Source: Heterodontus francisci
Taxonomy: Eukaryota
DNA: 64,000 bases
NCBI RefSeq assembly: GCF_036365525.1
Contig: NC_090405.1
Location: 33,982,224 to 34,046,223, forward strand
Direction of reading: 5' to 3'
Position numbers and translations under genes: made by a program. Under the pieces are notes generated by a model that worked only from the letters and a program-made list of their open reading frames with translations, ran no database searches and was not told the DNA's origin. Of this stretch, positions 61,984 to 64,000 are shown piece after piece (the first letter of the stretch is position 1; the number at the start of each line of letters is the position of its first letter).

Positions 61984-64000
61984 TTTTTTTTTATTTCCAA
62001 AATATACTTTATTCATAAACATCTGTAAAAATTACATTGCCAAACAGTTTCCAAACAGCACCAAAAAATACAAACATTGATCGGGAGATCAGTTTCCTTC
62101 AATACTGTCATGAGTTTCTTCCCAACCCTTCCGTTTCACAATTGTCATGTCAATTACAGTTTTACATTTACAGCAATTGAGAATATTAAGGATACAGTTC
62201 AAGGGGTTTCCCATTGATCCAGCCCCTCAGTCTAGCTTGGTGGGGGAACCTTACACTGTGGTCTTTCCCCATTGAGCCTTTGCTGCGGCTGCCCCAAACT
62301 TTAGTGCGTCCCTCAGCACGTAGTCCTGGACCTTGGAATGTGCCAGTCTGCAACATTCGGTGGTGGACAACTCTTTGCGCTGGAAGACCAGCAAGTTTCG
62401 GGCAGACAAAAGGGCGTCTTTCACCGAATTGATAGTCCTCCAGCAGCAGTTGATGTTTGTCTCGGTGTGCGTCCCTGGGAACAGCCCGTAGAGCACAGAC
62501 TCCTGTGTTACAGAGCTGCTTGGGATGAACCTTGACAAAAACCACTGCATCTCTTTCCACACCTGCTTTGCAAAGGCACATTCCAGGAGGAGGTGGGCGA
62601 CCGTCTCTTCCCCACCACAGCCAACGCGGGGGCACTGTGCGGAGGGGGCGAGACTTCGGGTGTGCATGAAGGATCTGACGGGGAGGGCCCTTCTCACCAC
62701 CAGCCAAGCTACGTCTTGGTGCTTGTTTGAAAGTTCTGGTGATGAGGCATTCCGCCAAATGACTTTGACGGTCTGCTCGGGGAACCATCCGACAGGATCC
62801 ACCGTTTCCTTTTCCCGTAGGGCCTTGAGGACATTCCGTGCAGACCACTGCCTGATGGACCGGTGGTCAAAGGTGTTTTCCCGCAGAAACTGTTCCACGA
62901 AGGATAGGTGGTACGGCACCGCCCAACTACACGGAGCGTTCCGCGGCAATGTGACCAGGCCCATCCTTCGCAACACCGGGGACAGATAGAACCTCAGCAC
63001 GTAGTGACACTTGGAGTTTGCGTACTGGGGATCTACACACAGCTTGATGCAGCCGCACACGAAGGTGGTCATCAGGGTGAGGGCCCCGTTGGGTACATTT
63101 TTCCCGCCCTTGTCCAGAGATTTGAACATCGTGTCCCTCCGGACCCGGTCCATTTTAGATCCCCAGACGAAGCGGAAAATGGCTCGGGTGACTGCCACGG
63201 CGCAGGAGTGGGGTATGGGCCAGACCTGCACCACGTAGAGCAACAACGTGAGCGCCTCGCACCTGATGACCAGGTTCTTACCCACAATGGAGAGAGATCG
63301 CTGCCCCCACATGCCCAACTTTTGTCGTACCTTGGCTACTCGCTCCTCCCATATTTTGGTGCACGCCCCGGCCCTTCCGAACCATATCCCCAGCACCTTC
63401 AGGTAATCTGACCTGACGGTGAAGGGGACAAAGGATCGGTCAGCCCAGTTGCCAAAGAACATGGCCTCGCTCTTGCCGTGGTTAACTTTGGCTCCCGAGG
63501 CCAGTTCGAACTGGTCGCAGATGCTCATCAGTCTGCGCACGGACAGCGGATCCAAGCAGAAGACGGCGACGTCATCCATGTACAGGGAGGTTTTGACCTG
63601 AGTACCTCCGCTGCCTGGGATTGTCACCCCTCTTATGCTCGCATCCTTCCTAATAGACTCAGCAAAGGGTTCAATACAGCAAAAAAACAAGACCGGGGAC
63701 AGAGGACAGCCCTGTCTGACTCCAGATTTGATCGGGAAACTTTCAGATTCCCACCCGTTGATTGAGACTGCGCTACTGATGTTTGTGTAGAGCAGTTGGA
63801 TCCAATTGCAGATTCCCTCCCCAAACCCCATTTTGGAAAGCACGTCCATCATGTAGGTGTGCGATATCCTGTCAAAAGCCTTCTCCTGGTCCAGGCTGAT
63901 GAGGCAGGTGTCCACCCTCCTGTCCCGTACGTAGGCGATCGTATCCCTGAGTAGCGCGAGACTATCAGAGATCTTCCTGCCGGGTACAGTACAGGTCTGA
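61984..64000 (-). mobile_element. Tx1 copy A: uninterrupted ORF2 (RT + C-terminal zinc finger), 3' UTR and poly(A); continues beyond the window
   Basis: Frame open from 63999 to the stop at 62251 with LDQEKAFDRISH, GVRQGCPLSP, LYMDDV; AATAAA at 62013-62008; A9 at 61992-61984. Confidence 0.96.

Noticed and set aside
60907-63765. Long alternative-frame and antisense ORFs (262, 220, 167, 159 aa)
   Set aside because: Shadows of the GC-rich Tx1 ORF2; they recur only because A and B are paralogous.

Overview
Vertebrate genomic DNA, very likely a cartilaginous fish (shark-type HE1 V-SINEs, Deu-domain SINEs, CR1/L2/RTE LINEs, Penelope-like elements). Genes on the + strand: three in-frame spliced exons of an unidentified gene (8678-17088), a complete 11-exon IDH3A (23724-45897, 365 aa), and the first coding exon of a CABIT-domain-like gene (51857-52003). 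The most unusual region is 56206-64000 on the - strand, probably inside the CABIT gene's first intron. It is a same-orientation chain reading 5'->3': young Tx1-clade copy A + poly(A), 5'-truncated Tx1 copy B + poly(A), histone H2B lacking its start codon and stem-loop, the first 32 nt of U1 snRNA, and Tx1 copy C (ORF1 + ORF2, 3' end missing). The ~28 nt after the U1 fragment are an imperfect reverse complement of it, so the leader can fold into a hairpin masking U1's splice-site-binding arm. Repeat boundaries are approximate and read by eye; no database searches were run.
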